The notes: generated by a model not told the origin, from the sequence alone. A DNA stretch of 64,000 bases from an uncultured Alphaproteobacteria bacterium (GCA_902562285.1 CACESU010000002.1:74283-138282); one strand, 5' to 3'. Positions 1 to 10,163 are shown, counted from the stretch's first letter. Program-made: numbers and translations.

Positions 1-1
1 T

Positions 2-151
2 GGTGGTGGAGCTGGAAAAGTTGGAAAATCAACTGTGTATAAAAGAAATGGAAAAAAAATAATTCTTAAACCATGTGATAAAATTACCTTAGACAGAGAC
101 GATATTTTACAAATCGAAACTCCTGGAGGAGGAGGCTGTGGTATAACTTAA
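2..151 (+). CDS. C-terminal fragment of a hydantoinase B/5-oxoprolinase-family protein (runs off the 5' edge)
   Basis: An open frame enters from the window edge and stops at TAA 149-151. The translation ...KITLDRDDILQIETPGGGGCGIT* has the glycine-rich C-terminal signature of this family. Only 49 codons are visible. Confidence 0.45.
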   Translation, partial: GGGAGKVGKSTVYKRNGKKIILKPCDKITLDRDDILQIETPGGGGCGIT

Positions 152-161
152 TTTTCAAGAA

Positions 162-1742
162 TTATTTATTAAATGCCGCTTCAAATAATAATTTAGAATA
201 TGCACTTTCTGGTTTTTTAAAGATATTTGAAGTCAAACCTTTCTCTACGACTGTTCCTTGATACATAACTAATAGTTTATCTGTAAAAAATTTCATTAAT
301 CTTAAATCATGGCTTATAAAAAGATACGCCATATTATATTTATTCTGGAGTTTAGCTAAAAGCTTTAAAATTTGTAATTGTATAGTTCTGTCTAAAGCTG
401 AGGTAGGTTCATCTAAGATCAAGAACTTTGGTCTTAGTATAATTGCCCTAGCAATAGCAATTCGTTGTCTTTGCCCACCTGAAAATTCATGTGGGTATCT
501 ACTTAGTATGTCAGTAGGTAATTCCACATTTTCTAGACTCTTTTTGACTTTTCTCATTACTTCTGTTTTTGAAAAAAATGGATAATGTTCATTTAATCCT
601 TCAGCAATAATTTCGGATACACACATTCTTGGAGATAATGATCCATAGGGATCCTGAAATACTATTTGAATATCTTTTCTGATTTTAGTTAATTCTTTGC
701 CCTTTAAGTTTCTAATAGATTTATTATCAAAATAAATTTCACCTTCAGAACTTATTAACCTAAGAATTCCCAATCCTAAGCTACTTTTACCAGACCCGCT
801 TTCTCCTACAATCCCTAAAGTTTCACCAGCTGCAATTTTGAAGCTTACATTGTTTACCGCTTTAAAATTTCTTTTAACCCTTTTAAAAATACTAGTTCTT
901 ATTGGATAATTAACACTAATGTTTTTTACTTCAATAATAGGAATGTCATTTGATTTCTTTTTTTTAATTATCTTTTCAGGTTCTGAAATTAGTTTACGGG
1001 TATAGACCATTTTGGGATTATTAAGGATATTTTTAGTTATTCCCTTTTCAACAATTTTACCTGACTGCATAACTACCACGTTATCAGCAATTTTTCTTAC
1101 AACACTGAGATCATGCGTAATAAATAAAATGCTCATGCCAAAGCGACTTTTTAGATCTTCTAATAGATTTAAAATTTTGTTTTCTACTGATACGTCCAGA
1201 GAAGTAGTAGGTTCATCTGCAATTAAAATTTTAGGATTATTACTTAATGCCATAGCAATCATAGCTCGTTGTCTCTGGCCACCAGATAATTGGTGAGGGT
1301 AACTAGGTGTGTTATTATTAATTTTTGAGAGGCCTACCATTTTTAAAAGCCAAATAACTTTTTTAGAAGCCTCATTTTGATTTAACTTTTGGTGAAGAAT
1401 TATGCTTTCTTTAATTTGGTGTTGAATTGTCTGTAATGGGTTAAGAGATGTCATAGGCTCTTGAAAAATATAAGAAACTTTATTGCCACGGATATTTTGA
1501 AGTTCGTTTTCTTCTTGGTCTAGTAAGTTTTTATTTTCAAAAAAAATGTTACCCTCTATTTTAGCATTTTTTGGTAATAGGTTCATACAAGCTAGAGCCG
1601 TTATTGATTTACCTGAGCCACTTTCTCCAACAAGTGCTAATGTCTCTTTTTCATTAAGTGAAAAAGATAAATTTTTAACTACCTTTTTATTTTCATGAAA
1701 AGAAATTGATAGGTTTTGGAATTCTAATATTTTTTCTGTCAT
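162..1742 (-). CDS. yejF: Peptide-type ABC transporter, fused double ATPase (YejF-like)
   Basis: 526 aa with two ABC cassettes: Walker A GESGSGKS twice, signature LSGGQRQR/FSGGQRQR, Walker B ILIADEPTT and LILDEPTS. It is the last gene of a 4-gene operon and overlaps the upstream permease by 4 nt. Confidence 0.85.
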   Translation of the reverse strand: MTEKILEFQNLSISFHENKKVVKNLSFSLNEKETLALVGESGSGKSITALACMNLLPKNAKIEGNIFFENKNLLDQEENELQNIRGNKVSYIFQEPMTSLNPLQTIQHQIKESIILHQKLNQNEASKKVIWLLKMVGLSKINNNTPSYPHQLSGGQRQRAMIAMALSNNPKILIADEPTTSLDVSVENKILNLLEDLKSRFGMSILFITHDLSVVRKIADNVVVMQSGKIVEKGITKNILNNPKMVYTRKLISEPEKIIKKKKSNDIPIIEVKNISVNYPIRTSIFKRVKRNFKAVNNVSFKIAAGETLGIVGESGSGKSSLGLGILRLISSEGEIYFDNKSIRNLKGKELTKIRKDIQIVFQDPYGSLSPRMCVSEIIAEGLNEHYPFFSKTEVMRKVKKSLENVELPTDILSRYPHEFSGGQRQRIAIARAIILRPKFLILDEPTSALDRTIQLQILKLLAKLQNKYNMAYLFISHDLRLMKFFTDKLLVMYQGTVVEKGLTSNIFKKPESAYSKLLFEAAFNK

Positions 1743-2824
1743 GTAAAAACTTTTCTAGGATCAAAAGCATCTCTTATTCCTTCAAAAATAAATACTTGAA
1801 GTGATAGCATCACAGTAAAAGTTAAAAAAGCTGAAATACCTAGCCAAGGTGCATTTAGTTGATTTTTTGCTTGAAGGGCTAGTTCACCTAGTGAAGGATA
1901 GCTGGCCGGTAACCCAAAGCCAAGAAAATCCAGTGTTGCAAGAGTTGCAATAGAGCCAGTTATAAAAAATGGTAATAGTGTTATACTTGCTACCATAGCA
2001 TTAGGGATGATATGACGAATTATAATTTTAAAATTAGAAACTCCAAGTGCTCTTGCAGCCATTATATATTCAAAGTTTCGAACTCTTAAAAATTCTGCTC
2101 TTACAACACCAACTAGTGCAGTCCAACTAAAAAGAATAACTATAAAAGTAAGCAACCAAAAATTCATAGGAAAAACTGCAGCTAGAATAATAATCACGTA
2201 TAGGTAAGGAAGAGAAGTCCATATTTCTATGAATCTTTGACAAATTAAATCAGTCCATCCACCAAAAAACCCCTGAATAGCTCCAGCACCTATTCCAATA
2301 ATTGTCGAAAAGATTGTAACCAAAAATGCAAAAAAAACTGAAAGCCTAAACCCATAAATTATTCTAGCAACTACATCTCGTGTCTGATCGTCTGTTCCCA
2401 GTAGGTGATTATTGTCAGGTGGACTAGGAGCTACATCAACGTCGTAATTTACTGTATCAAATGATGATTTTATGAGTGGCCAAAGGATCCAATTATTCAA
2501 CTTCAATTCTTGAATTTTACTTATTATTTTTCTTGGATTATCTAGGCATTCTTCTAGCATACCTCCACTCAATATGAGACATTCTACTTCAATAGTTTTG
2601 TATTCAGCTTCAGTTTCAAATTCTCCCCCAAAAACACGCTCACTATAATTCTTTATCATTGGTGAATAAAATTCCTTATTGTAATAAATCACAAGTGGTT
2701 TATCGTTTGCTATAAACTCAGCGAAGATTGATATAAGAAAAAAAATAGAAAAAATTAATAAGCTATAAATAGCACGTTTATTTTGTTTAAAATTTTGCCA
2801 ACGTCTTTTATTTAATGGACTCAT
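1739..2824 (-). CDS. yejE: Peptide ABC transporter permease (DppC/OppC type, YejE-like)
   Basis: 361 aa, multi-TM, with a long periplasmic insert after TM1 and a BPD-transporter core. It overlaps both neighbouring genes by 4 nt. Confidence 0.8.
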   Translation of the reverse strand: MSPLNKRRWQNFKQNKRAIYSLLIFSIFFLISIFAEFIANDKPLVIYYNKEFYSPMIKNYSERVFGGEFETEAEYKTIEVECLILSGGMLEECLDNPRKIISKIQELKLNNWILWPLIKSSFDTVNYDVDVAPSPPDNNHLLGTDDQTRDVVARIIYGFRLSVFFAFLVTIFSTIIGIGAGAIQGFFGGWTDLICQRFIEIWTSLPYLYVIIILAAVFPMNFWLLTFIVILFSWTALVGVVRAEFLRVRNFEYIMAARALGVSNFKIIIRHIIPNAMVASITLLPFFITGSIATLATLDFLGFGLPASYPSLGELALQAKNQLNAPWLGISAFLTFTVMLSLQVFIFEGIRDAFDPRKVFT

Positions 2825-3918
2825 GTATTTCTACTTTCAAAATCAATTCTAGGATCAACAACTACATAAACTAGATCTGATATTAGACCAATAATTAGTC
2901 CTAATAGACCAAAAAAATAAAGTGTTCCAAACATAACAGGATAGTCACGTGTCAAGGCAGCTTCAAATCCTAAACGACCTAGTCCATCCAATGAAAAAAT
3001 TGTTTCAATTATGAGTGAACCTCCAAAAAATACACCTATAAATAATCCTGGAAATCCTGCAATTATTATAAGCATGGCGTTTCTAAAAACATGACCATAC
3101 AACACTCTATTTTTTGGAAGTCCTTTTGCCTTGGCAGTTATCACATATTGTTTTTTTATTTCATCAACAAATGAATTTTTTGTTAAAAGAGTAAGTGTAG
3201 CAAAAGATCCTATTGTTGAAGCTAAAACTGGAAGAAAGATATGCCACAAATAATCTAAAACTTTGCCCAAATTTGTTAGCTCGCTCCAATTATCTGATGT
3301 TAAGCCTCGCATTGGAAAAATTTGATAATAACTTCCACCTGCAAAAAAAACTAAAAGAATTATTGCAAATAAAAAGCCAGGTAAAGAGTAGCAAATTATA
3401 ATAATTCCTGACGAAATTGTATCAAAAGATGAGCCATCATTTACTGCTTTTCTGATTCCAAGTGGTATAGAAATGAGATAAGCAATAAGAGTAGACCATA
3501 ACCCAAGTGTGATTGAGACGGGCATTTTTTCTAAAACTAAATCAATAACAGAAATTGATCGAAAATAACTTTCTCCAAAATTAAAAGTTAAATAGTTTTG
3601 TATCATTATAAAGAAGCGTTGACTTGGTGATTTATCAAAACCAAATTGTTTTTCCAAATCTTTTATAAACTCTTCAGGTAAACCTTGAGCTCCTCTATAT
3701 TTTGAGTCACTTTTTAATGATTGATTTTGATCATTTTGTTGGCCAGCATCTGTTCCACCCCCTCCAACCAATTCCAAATTTGAACCATTTTCGAATTGGT
3801 ATATCATTTGCTCAACAGGCCCACCTGGTACAAATTGAACCAATAAAAAGTTAAGGAACATTATGCCTAACAATGTTGGAATAATAAATAAAATTCGCCT
3901 AATGATATAATCAAGCAT
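2821..3918 (-). CDS. yejB: Peptide ABC transporter permease (DppB/OppB type, YejB-like)
   Basis: 365 aa. The N-terminus MLDYIIRRILFIIPTLLGI is typical of DppB-type permeases, and the protein is multi-TM in operon context. Confidence 0.8.
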   Translation of the reverse strand: MLDYIIRRILFIIPTLLGIMFLNFLLVQFVPGGPVEQMIYQFENGSNLELVGGGGTDAGQQNDQNQSLKSDSKYRGAQGLPEEFIKDLEKQFGFDKSPSQRFFIMIQNYLTFNFGESYFRSISVIDLVLEKMPVSITLGLWSTLIAYLISIPLGIRKAVNDGSSFDTISSGIIIICYSLPGFLFAIILLVFFAGGSYYQIFPMRGLTSDNWSELTNLGKVLDYLWHIFLPVLASTIGSFATLTLLTKNSFVDEIKKQYVITAKAKGLPKNRVLYGHVFRNAMLIIIAGFPGLFIGVFFGGSLIIETIFSLDGLGRLGFEAALTRDYPVMFGTLYFFGLLGLIIGLISDLVYVVVDPRIDFESRNT

Positions 3919-3924
3919 GCGTCT

Positions 3925-5775
3925 TTATTTATTTTCTAGAATTGCTGCTTTTTTTGCATCAAACCACCAGAAGTCAAAAGCACCTAATTCAAAAGGAGGA
4001 AGATTATTTGGGTATGCATACTGATTTCTATAAGCAATGGTATGCACATTTTTATACCATTGCGGGACCCATATGTGTAAGGATCTTAGTGATCTATCCA
4101 AAGATCTTATAATAACATTCAGATCGTCTCTTGTTTTTGCTCTAGCAGCTAATTCAATTAGCTTATCTATGCCTTCATTTTTTAATCCTACCAGATTTCG
4201 AGAAGGTACATCAGCAGTTTTAGAAGAGTATTGTTGTATAAGTTCCAAGCCAGGTGTTAATGAATTACCATAAGTTGATGTTATAATTTCCCATTCAAAA
4301 TTTCTAACTCTCTCGGTATATTGAGTACCGTCTATTCTTGTATGTTTTGCATCTATTCCTAATAACTTAAGGTTTTCAATAAAGGGGTTTATAATTCTAT
4401 CAAATGCAGGAGAATAATTTAAAATTTCTAAAGAAAATTTATCACCATTTTTATTTTTTAACTTTCCGTCTACAAAGTTCCAGCCTGCATCTTTGAACAA
4501 TTTTGTAGCTTTTCTCCTATTTTTTCTGTCTACTTTATCAGGTTTAGATATAGGAGGATTGAAAACGGTATCATTAAAAACACTTTTAGGTAAATAATTT
4601 TTTAAAGGACTAAGTATGGCAAGCTCTTTTTCCGAAATTTTACCAGAGGCTTGCATTTTGCTATTTTCCCAAAAACTTGTTACCCTATCATAGAGCCCAA
4701 AAAAAAGCGTTTTATTTGACCATTCAAAATTAAACATAAGACCTATAGCTTCTCTTATTTTTGGGTCTTTAAATTTATCTAAACGAATATTAAAGAAGAA
4801 TGCCTGAGCGGAACCTAAATTTCCATCTGGAAGAGTTTCCTTTTTAATAATATTCTTTTCAATAGCTGGAAAATTATAATCTTGTGCCCACTTTTGTGAT
4901 GAATTTTCAGAACGGAAAGTATATTCGCCAGCTTTGAAACCTTCGAAAGCCGCAGTAGTGTCAGCATAATATTCATAACGGATTTTTTTAAAATTATTTC
5001 TACCCTTATTAATAGCTAAATGCTTTCCCCAGTAATTATCATTAAGCTTATAGACTAATCTTTTGCCAACTTCAATTTCATCCAAAGTATACGGCCCACT
5101 ACCTAACATAGGTTCAAGACTGCTCTCTGCAAAATCCCGAGAAGAAAAAAACTTTTTAGAAAAAACACTTGATGAAGCGGCTAACATTAATAGTTCGTTA
5201 TTATCTGATGGTTGTTTAAAACTAAATTTTACCCTTGTAGGTGATAATTCCTCAACTTTTTCAATATCGGCAAAAAGTTGTTTAAGAGAAGGTATTCCTT
5301 TTTCTAATAAAATATAATGGCTAAAAACAACATCAGAGGCTGTCACTTTAGATCCATCTGAAAATTGGGCTTCAGGTCTAAGATTAAAAATTACAAAAGA
5401 TCGATCCTGAGGATACTCGATACTTTCTGCTAGTAATCCATACATAGAATCGGGCTCATCAGCAGTTTCTGTCATTAACGTTTCGATGAAAATGTTGCCA
5501 GATCCAGCGGCATTTCCTTTAACTATATACCTATTTAAGGAGTCAAATGTTCCAAATGCCCAAGTAGATATTTCTCCATCTTTGGGTGCTTTTGGGTTAA
5601 CATAATCTAAGTGAGTGAAATCCTTTGAATACTTTAGATTCCCAAAACTTGAAATACCATGAGACTTGATTAGCGTTTCAGAGAAACTAAAGCTAGAGAA
5701 AAATAAAAATCCAATCAAAAGAAAAAATTTAAAAAAATTATTAAAACTAATTTTTTTCATAATTAAGAACCTCAT
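3925..5775 (-). CDS. yejA: Periplasmic solute-binding protein, family 5 (YejA-like)
   Basis: 616 aa with a signal peptide (FFKFFLLIGFLFFSSFSFS). Size and composition fit peptide/opine family-5 SBPs, and it is the first gene of the operon. The true start may be the internal MKKISF. Confidence 0.75.
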   Translation of the reverse strand: MRFLIMKKISFNNFFKFFLLIGFLFFSSFSFSETLIKSHGISSFGNLKYSKDFTHLDYVNPKAPKDGEISTWAFGTFDSLNRYIVKGNAAGSGNIFIETLMTETADEPDSMYGLLAESIEYPQDRSFVIFNLRPEAQFSDGSKVTASDVVFSHYILLEKGIPSLKQLFADIEKVEELSPTRVKFSFKQPSDNNELLMLAASSSVFSKKFFSSRDFAESSLEPMLGSGPYTLDEIEVGKRLVYKLNDNYWGKHLAINKGRNNFKKIRYEYYADTTAAFEGFKAGEYTFRSENSSQKWAQDYNFPAIEKNIIKKETLPDGNLGSAQAFFFNIRLDKFKDPKIREAIGLMFNFEWSNKTLFFGLYDRVTSFWENSKMQASGKISEKELAILSPLKNYLPKSVFNDTVFNPPISKPDKVDRKNRRKATKLFKDAGWNFVDGKLKNKNGDKFSLEILNYSPAFDRIINPFIENLKLLGIDAKHTRIDGTQYTERVRNFEWEIITSTYGNSLTPGLELIQQYSSKTADVPSRNLVGLKNEGIDKLIELAARAKTRDDLNVIIRSLDRSLRSLHIWVPQWYKNVHTIAYRNQYAYPNNLPPFELGAFDFWWFDAKKAAILENK

Positions 5776-5885
5776 TAGTGCTAAAATTGTTTTAAAAGAT
5801 AGTTTAATTACTTTAGAATTTAATTTAATATAATTATTATTTTTTTTAAGGTAATCCTTAAATTATTTATTAATCGTTAAATCAT

Positions 5886-6413
5886 TTATTTTGTGCTATC
5901 TTCCAAATAGGCAATTAAATTTGCTCTATCGGTTGCTTTTCCAAGACCAGCGAAATTCATTGCTGTACCTTTTATATAATTAGACGGTTTGGTTAAAAAT
6001 AAATTTAGTTCATCAATAGTCCATTTACCTTCGAGACCTTTAAAACTTGATGAATATTTAAAATCCGATATTACAGCCATCTCTCTTCCAATTATTTTAT
6101 GAAGATGTGGGCCGGTTCCATTTTCACCATCTCCTAATTTATGACAAGCTTTACATTTCCCAAAAACTTTTTTTCCTTTTGATAAATCTGCACTTGCAAC
6201 TAATTCAACAAATGGTGTCTCTTCTTCCTTTTTCTCAACCTCAGTAACTTCTTCTTCAATTTCTAAAAGGTAAGCTACCTCTTTATATTTGTAATGGCTA
6301 TGATGGTAAATTTCTTCTGCTGTCCATTGTATGAGTAATAGTATTAAAAGGGACCCACAACCAGCACCTATAATTTTTGTCCATGTCATTGTATCCATCA
6401 TAATGTCCTTCAA
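5886..6413 (-). CDS. Membrane-anchored class I c-type cytochrome
   Basis: 175 aa with an N-terminal TM helix (IIGAGCGSLLILLLIQW), an acidic linker, the heme motif CKACH and a downstream Met ligand region (GTAMNFAG). Confidence 0.8.
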   Translation of the reverse strand: MKDIMMDTMTWTKIIGAGCGSLLILLLIQWTAEEIYHHSHYKYKEVAYLLEIEEEVTEVEKKEEETPFVELVASADLSKGKKVFGKCKACHKLGDGENGTGPHLHKIIGREMAVISDFKYSSSFKGLEGKWTIDELNLFLTKPSNYIKGTAMNFAGLGKATDRANLIAYLEDSTK

Positions 6414-6471
6414 ATATTTTAAATTTTATTTTCGTATTGTACTTTAACTACTTCTATATATAGTTTTCAAG

Positions 6472-7350
6472 GTGTTGTTTACGCGACAAATAGAACAAAA
6501 GGATTTTTTTTTGAAAATATCATTTCAAGGTGAACTCGGATCATATTCTCATCAAGCTTGTAGTGAGGCTTTTCCAAATGCTGTTCCATTACCTTGTTCT
6601 ACTTTTGAAATGGCAATGGATCAAGTAAAAGAAGGAAACGCACAATATACGATTATACCGGTAGAGAATTCTACCTATGGTAGAGTTGCTGATGCTTATT
6701 ACTTACTTCCTAATTCTGGTCTGTTTATTATAAAAGAACATTTTTTAAGAGTTCATATAAACCTTCTTGCATTGCCTGGTGTTTCTTTAAGTGAGATCAA
6801 GACAGCAGTGAGTCATACTGTTTTATTGGGACAGTGTAGAAAATTTTTGTCGAAAAATAATATCAAACCATTATCAGGTATTGATACAGCGGGATCTGCT
6901 AAAATTGTTTCGGAAAGCAGTGATAGGTCCCAATCTGCCTTAGCTTCTCCTCTTGCTGGTAAGATTTATGGACTTGATGCGCTCGGTATTGAAATAGAAG
7001 ATATGAAAAATAATACAACTCGTTTTTTAATAATGGCTAATAAAAAACAGGATTTAGATTTATCCAAAAATGCTAAATTTATGACAACTATTGTTTTTCA
7101 GGTTAGAAATATACCTGCCGCTCTTTATAAAGCAATGGGTGGTTTTGCTACAAATAATGTTAATATGGTAAAATTAGAAAGCTATATGGTTTCAGGATCT
7201 TTCACATCTACTCAATTTTATGCAGATATAGAGGGTCATCCAGATGAAGAAAAAGTTAAACGCGCACTCGATGAATTAATTTTTTTTACAAGTATGTTTA
7301 AAATATTAGGTGTCTATGAGTGTCACGAATTTAGAAAACTTAATTCGTGA
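6472..7350 (+). CDS. pheA: Prephenate dehydratase
   Basis: Has the PDT domain (ISFQGELGSYSHQA, TRF motif in NNTTRFLIM) plus a C-terminal ACT domain. GTG at 6472 is the longest start; TTG at 6511 just before KISFQG is an alternative. Confidence 0.85.
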   Translation: MLFTRQIEQKDFFLKISFQGELGSYSHQACSEAFPNAVPLPCSTFEMAMDQVKEGNAQYTIIPVENSTYGRVADAYYLLPNSGLFIIKEHFLRVHINLLALPGVSLSEIKTAVSHTVLLGQCRKFLSKNNIKPLSGIDTAGSAKIVSESSDRSQSALASPLAGKIYGLDALGIEIEDMKNNTTRFLIMANKKQDLDLSKNAKFMTTIVFQVRNIPAALYKAMGGFATNNVNMVKLESYMVSGSFTSTQFYADIEGHPDEEKVKRALDELIFFTSMFKILGVYECHEFRKLNS

Positions 7351-7353
7351 TAA

Positions 7354-8313
7354 TTAGATTTCATTTTTTACCCATTTTTCCAAAAGAAATCTAGCTATTG
7401 TTCCTTTTCTTGCTGCAATAATATTATTATTCTTTCCATAAAGTACTTGTTTTAGTTCTTGTTTTGAAATCCAAAAAGCATCTTCTATTTCATTTTTGTC
7501 GATTTTCAATTTTTTATTTTTAGCTTTAGCAATCAAACCAAACATTAAGGATGATGGAAATGGCCAGGGCTGATTAGTAATAAACTTTATATTATTAATA
7601 TAAACTCCAACCTCTTCTAGTATTTCACGTCTTGTAGCAGTTTCTAATGTTTCTCCAAGTTCGATAAAGCCTGCTAAACAAGAATAAAGTTTTTTTGGAA
7701 AGTGATGAGATCTTCCAATAAGTGCCTTGTTACCTTTTACTACAATAACAATTATGACAGGGTCTATTCTTGGAAAATATATTTTTTTACAAGCTATACA
7801 TTGGGTCTCCCATTTGAAATTGATAGGGTTTGCAAATTTTTCTCCACATTTTGTACAAAATGTATTAGTTAACTTCCAGTTAATTAGAGACTTAGCAATT
7901 CCTGCAATAGAAGAATCTTTCAAACTCAAATTTGCAAAAATTGTTCTTAGGTCACTGAAGGAAGACCTGGATATTTCTTCTTTTTTAATTTTTTTGTTAA
8001 AAAACTTTACTTGATTCAAACTTGTTTTTGTTTTTTCTCCAAAAGAAATGTTATGTATGAAAATATTTTTGTCTTCAACTTTCCCAAGAAAAACTGTTTT
8101 ATTAATATAATGAAATAATAAATTTTTTTTTCTAAAATAAGTAATCTTAAATTTACTTTTTATTTTTTTTGTAAGTATTAAACCCTCACAAAAAAACATA
8201 TGATAATTTTCAGATTTTCCAAAAATATTTTTTGAACTATTGGAATATATTTTGGTTACTTTTTCTGTATCAGTAAAAGAAAGGTTGAGTTTATTTGTCA
8301 TAAATAAATTCAT
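7354..8313 (-). CDS. nudC: NADH pyrophosphatase-type Nudix hydrolase
   Basis: A zinc ribbon (CTKCG...CIACK) is followed by the Nudix box GFIELGETLETATRREILEEVGV. Confidence 0.75.
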   Translation of the reverse strand: MNLFMTNKLNLSFTDTEKVTKIYSNSSKNIFGKSENYHMFFCEGLILTKKIKSKFKITYFRKKNLLFHYINKTVFLGKVEDKNIFIHNISFGEKTKTSLNQVKFFNKKIKKEEISRSSFSDLRTIFANLSLKDSSIAGIAKSLINWKLTNTFCTKCGEKFANPINFKWETQCIACKKIYFPRIDPVIIVIVVKGNKALIGRSHHFPKKLYSCLAGFIELGETLETATRREILEEVGVYINNIKFITNQPWPFPSSLMFGLIAKAKNKKLKIDKNEIEDAFWISKQELKQVLYGKNNNIIAARKGTIARFLLEKWVKNEI

Positions 8314-8365
8314 TATTATAGAATCAAAGACTTGTAAAATTAGTAATAAAAATTTACTAATTTAA

Positions 8366-8462
8366 TTGAGAGGTTGGTTTGGACAAGTATTTCGCCAACC
8401 CGGTCAGGTCTGAAAAGAAGCAGCCGTAACGAATTTTACTTGGGTCAATATCAATCTCTCAC
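8366..8462 (+). ncRNA. ffs: Signal recognition particle RNA (small 4.5S type)
   Basis: The conserved domain IV core GGTCAGGTCTGAAAAGAAGCAGCC (compare E. coli GGUCAGGUCCGGAAGGAAGCAGCC) lies inside a long closing helix, GAGAGGTTGG at 8368-8377 paired with TCAATCTCTC at 8451-8460. It sits directly upstream of dnaX, as is common in bacteria. The ends are approximate. Confidence 0.85.
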
Positions 8463-8507
8463 TTATTATATTATGACTAGATTTTTATACTTATTTATTG
8501 AAAATAT

Positions 8508-10109
8508 ATGGCTTATACTGTTTTAGCTAGAAAATATAGACCTCAAAAATTATCGGAGTTGGTTGGGCAAGATACGCTTGTTAAAATTTTAACTAATTCA
8601 TTTAAACTAAATCGTATAGCACATTCTTTTATTTTAACTGGATTAAGGGGTACAGGAAAAACTTCCACCGCAAGAATTATTGCAAAAGGCCTTAATTGTC
8701 TTGCATCTTCAGCTAATAATCTTCCAACTGTTGATCCATGTGGCGAATGTGAATCTTGTATTTCTATAGCTCAAAGTCGTCACATTGATGTTATTGAAAT
8801 GGATGCTGCTAGTCGGACTGGTGTTTCTGATGTGAGGGAAATCATTGATAATATTGATTATAAGACAGTTTATGCTCGTTATAAAGTTTATATAATTGAT
8901 GAAGTTCATATGTTATCTAATTCTGCTTTTAACGCTCTTCTTAAAACCTTGGAGGAACCACCAGCACATGTAAAATTTATTTTTGCTACCACTGAAATCT
9001 TGAAAATCCCAACAACAATAATTTCAAGATGCCAACGTTTTGATTTAGAAAGAATTGATAATCATTTAATAAATAACCACTTAACTGATGTCTGTAACAA
9101 AGAAAAAATAAATTTCTCAGTAGGCGCTTTAAAAATGATTTCTAATGTTTCGGAAGGTTCTATTAGAGATGCATTATCAATATTAGATCAAGCAATTATA
9201 TATAGTGATGGCAGATTAGAAGCAAATCATATTACAGAAATGCTTGGATTATTAGATCAAAATAAATCATTTAAATTATTTGATTTAATTTTTGAACAAA
9301 AAAATAATGAAATGCTATCAGAATTAGAAAAAGAAATAAAAGATGGGATTGATCCCTTTTCAATTCTGAACGGATTAATGGATATTAATTGGAAATTAAT
9401 GGTATCAAAAATTAAAAAGGACGAATTTTATACACATGATCTATCAGATGATAATTTAGAGTTACTACAAAACTTCTCCAAAAAAATATCTACTGCTATA
9501 TTATCCAGGTGTTGGCAGATTTTATTGAAAATTCATGAAGAAATGAAATATGCACCAGATATTTTATCTACATTACAAATGGGTTTGCTAAGATTAAGTT
9601 TTTTTTTAAATTCCCCTGATCAAGATGAATTATTAAGAATATTAAATAATTTAAAAAATTCTTCAGAAGTTCATTCTAATAATATTGACAATATTAATAT
9701 AGAGAAACAGTTCGGGTCTGATGTTAATTCAACTTTTGAAAAAAAAAAAATAGAAATTAATAATTTTAAAGATTTGTTACTTTTATTAAAAAAAGAAAAA
9801 AAAATACCGCTCCTTGTAGAATTAGAAAAAAATTTTAAAGTTCTCTCTTTCCAGCCTGGTGAAATTCGCTTTGATTTAACACCAGATGCTAACAATGAGT
9901 TAGTATCTAGTTTATCAAAATTCCTTAAAAATATTACCAATATAAAGTGGGATTTGATACGATTAGAGAATACCAATGCAAAAACTTTTTCGAATTTAAA
10001 AGAAGAAGATGATATTAAATTAAGAAAATTAATTGATCAAAACGATATTGTTCAAGAGATAAAAAAAATTTTTCCAGGATCAAAAATAGCAAAGTCTTCT
10101 TTTCATTAA
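8508..10109 (+). CDS. dnaX: DNA polymerase III subunit tau/gamma
   Basis: Has Walker A GLRGTGKTS, zinc module CGECESC, DEVHML and the sensor motif ISRCQRF. A Lys-rich linker with an A12 tract lies at codons 411-415. Confidence 0.95.
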   Translation: MAYTVLARKYRPQKLSELVGQDTLVKILTNSFKLNRIAHSFILTGLRGTGKTSTARIIAKGLNCLASSANNLPTVDPCGECESCISIAQSRHIDVIEMDAASRTGVSDVREIIDNIDYKTVYARYKVYIIDEVHMLSNSAFNALLKTLEEPPAHVKFIFATTEILKIPTTIISRCQRFDLERIDNHLINNHLTDVCNKEKINFSVGALKMISNVSEGSIRDALSILDQAIIYSDGRLEANHITEMLGLLDQNKSFKLFDLIFEQKNNEMLSELEKEIKDGIDPFSILNGLMDINWKLMVSKIKKDEFYTHDLSDDNLELLQNFSKKISTAILSRCWQILLKIHEEMKYAPDILSTLQMGLLRLSFFLNSPDQDELLRILNNLKNSSEVHSNNIDNINIEKQFGSDVNSTFEKKKIEINNFKDLLLLLKKEKKIPLLVELEKNFKVLSFQPGEIRFDLTPDANNELVSSLSKFLKNITNIKWDLIRLENTNAKTFSNLKEEDDIKLRKLIDQNDIVQEIKKIFPGSKIAKSSFH

Positions 10110-10163
10110 TTAAATATTCAGTTATCAATAGTTTATTGGATTTTAAATATAATATTAACAAAT

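Noticed and set aside
1012-1296. Antisense or embedded ORFs from the six-frame track. Examples are 1012-1296, 3213-3401, 4037-4273, 5063-5317, 7727-8014, 8709-8909, 9671-9976, 11381-11638, 12974-13234, 19605-19933, 20361-20558 and 21279-21470. Further examples are 27134-27406, 29140-29443, 29557-29928, 30258-30650, 33661-33864 and the minor ORFs inside 34146-36992. The same applies to 38000-38314, 39517-40066, 41122-41475, 42911-43282, 46973-47331, 48262-48967, 50339-50560, 51106-51775, 52723-53658, 58024-58239, 59462-59966, 61183-61407 and 63119-63301.
   Set aside because: Each lies wholly inside, or opposite to, a longer ORF with clear family motifs. Their translations are low-complexity Leu/Ser/Phe/Ile-rich strings typical of shadow frames in AT-rich DNA, and none has a recognisable motif or ribosome-binding site.
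9788-9804. Additional A7 and A9 runs in the dnaX linker as separate programmed shift sites
   Set aside because: They lie downstream of the A12 tract in the same Lys-rich low-complexity linker. The simplest explanation is AAA codon bias, and only the longest, most upstream run is worth testing.
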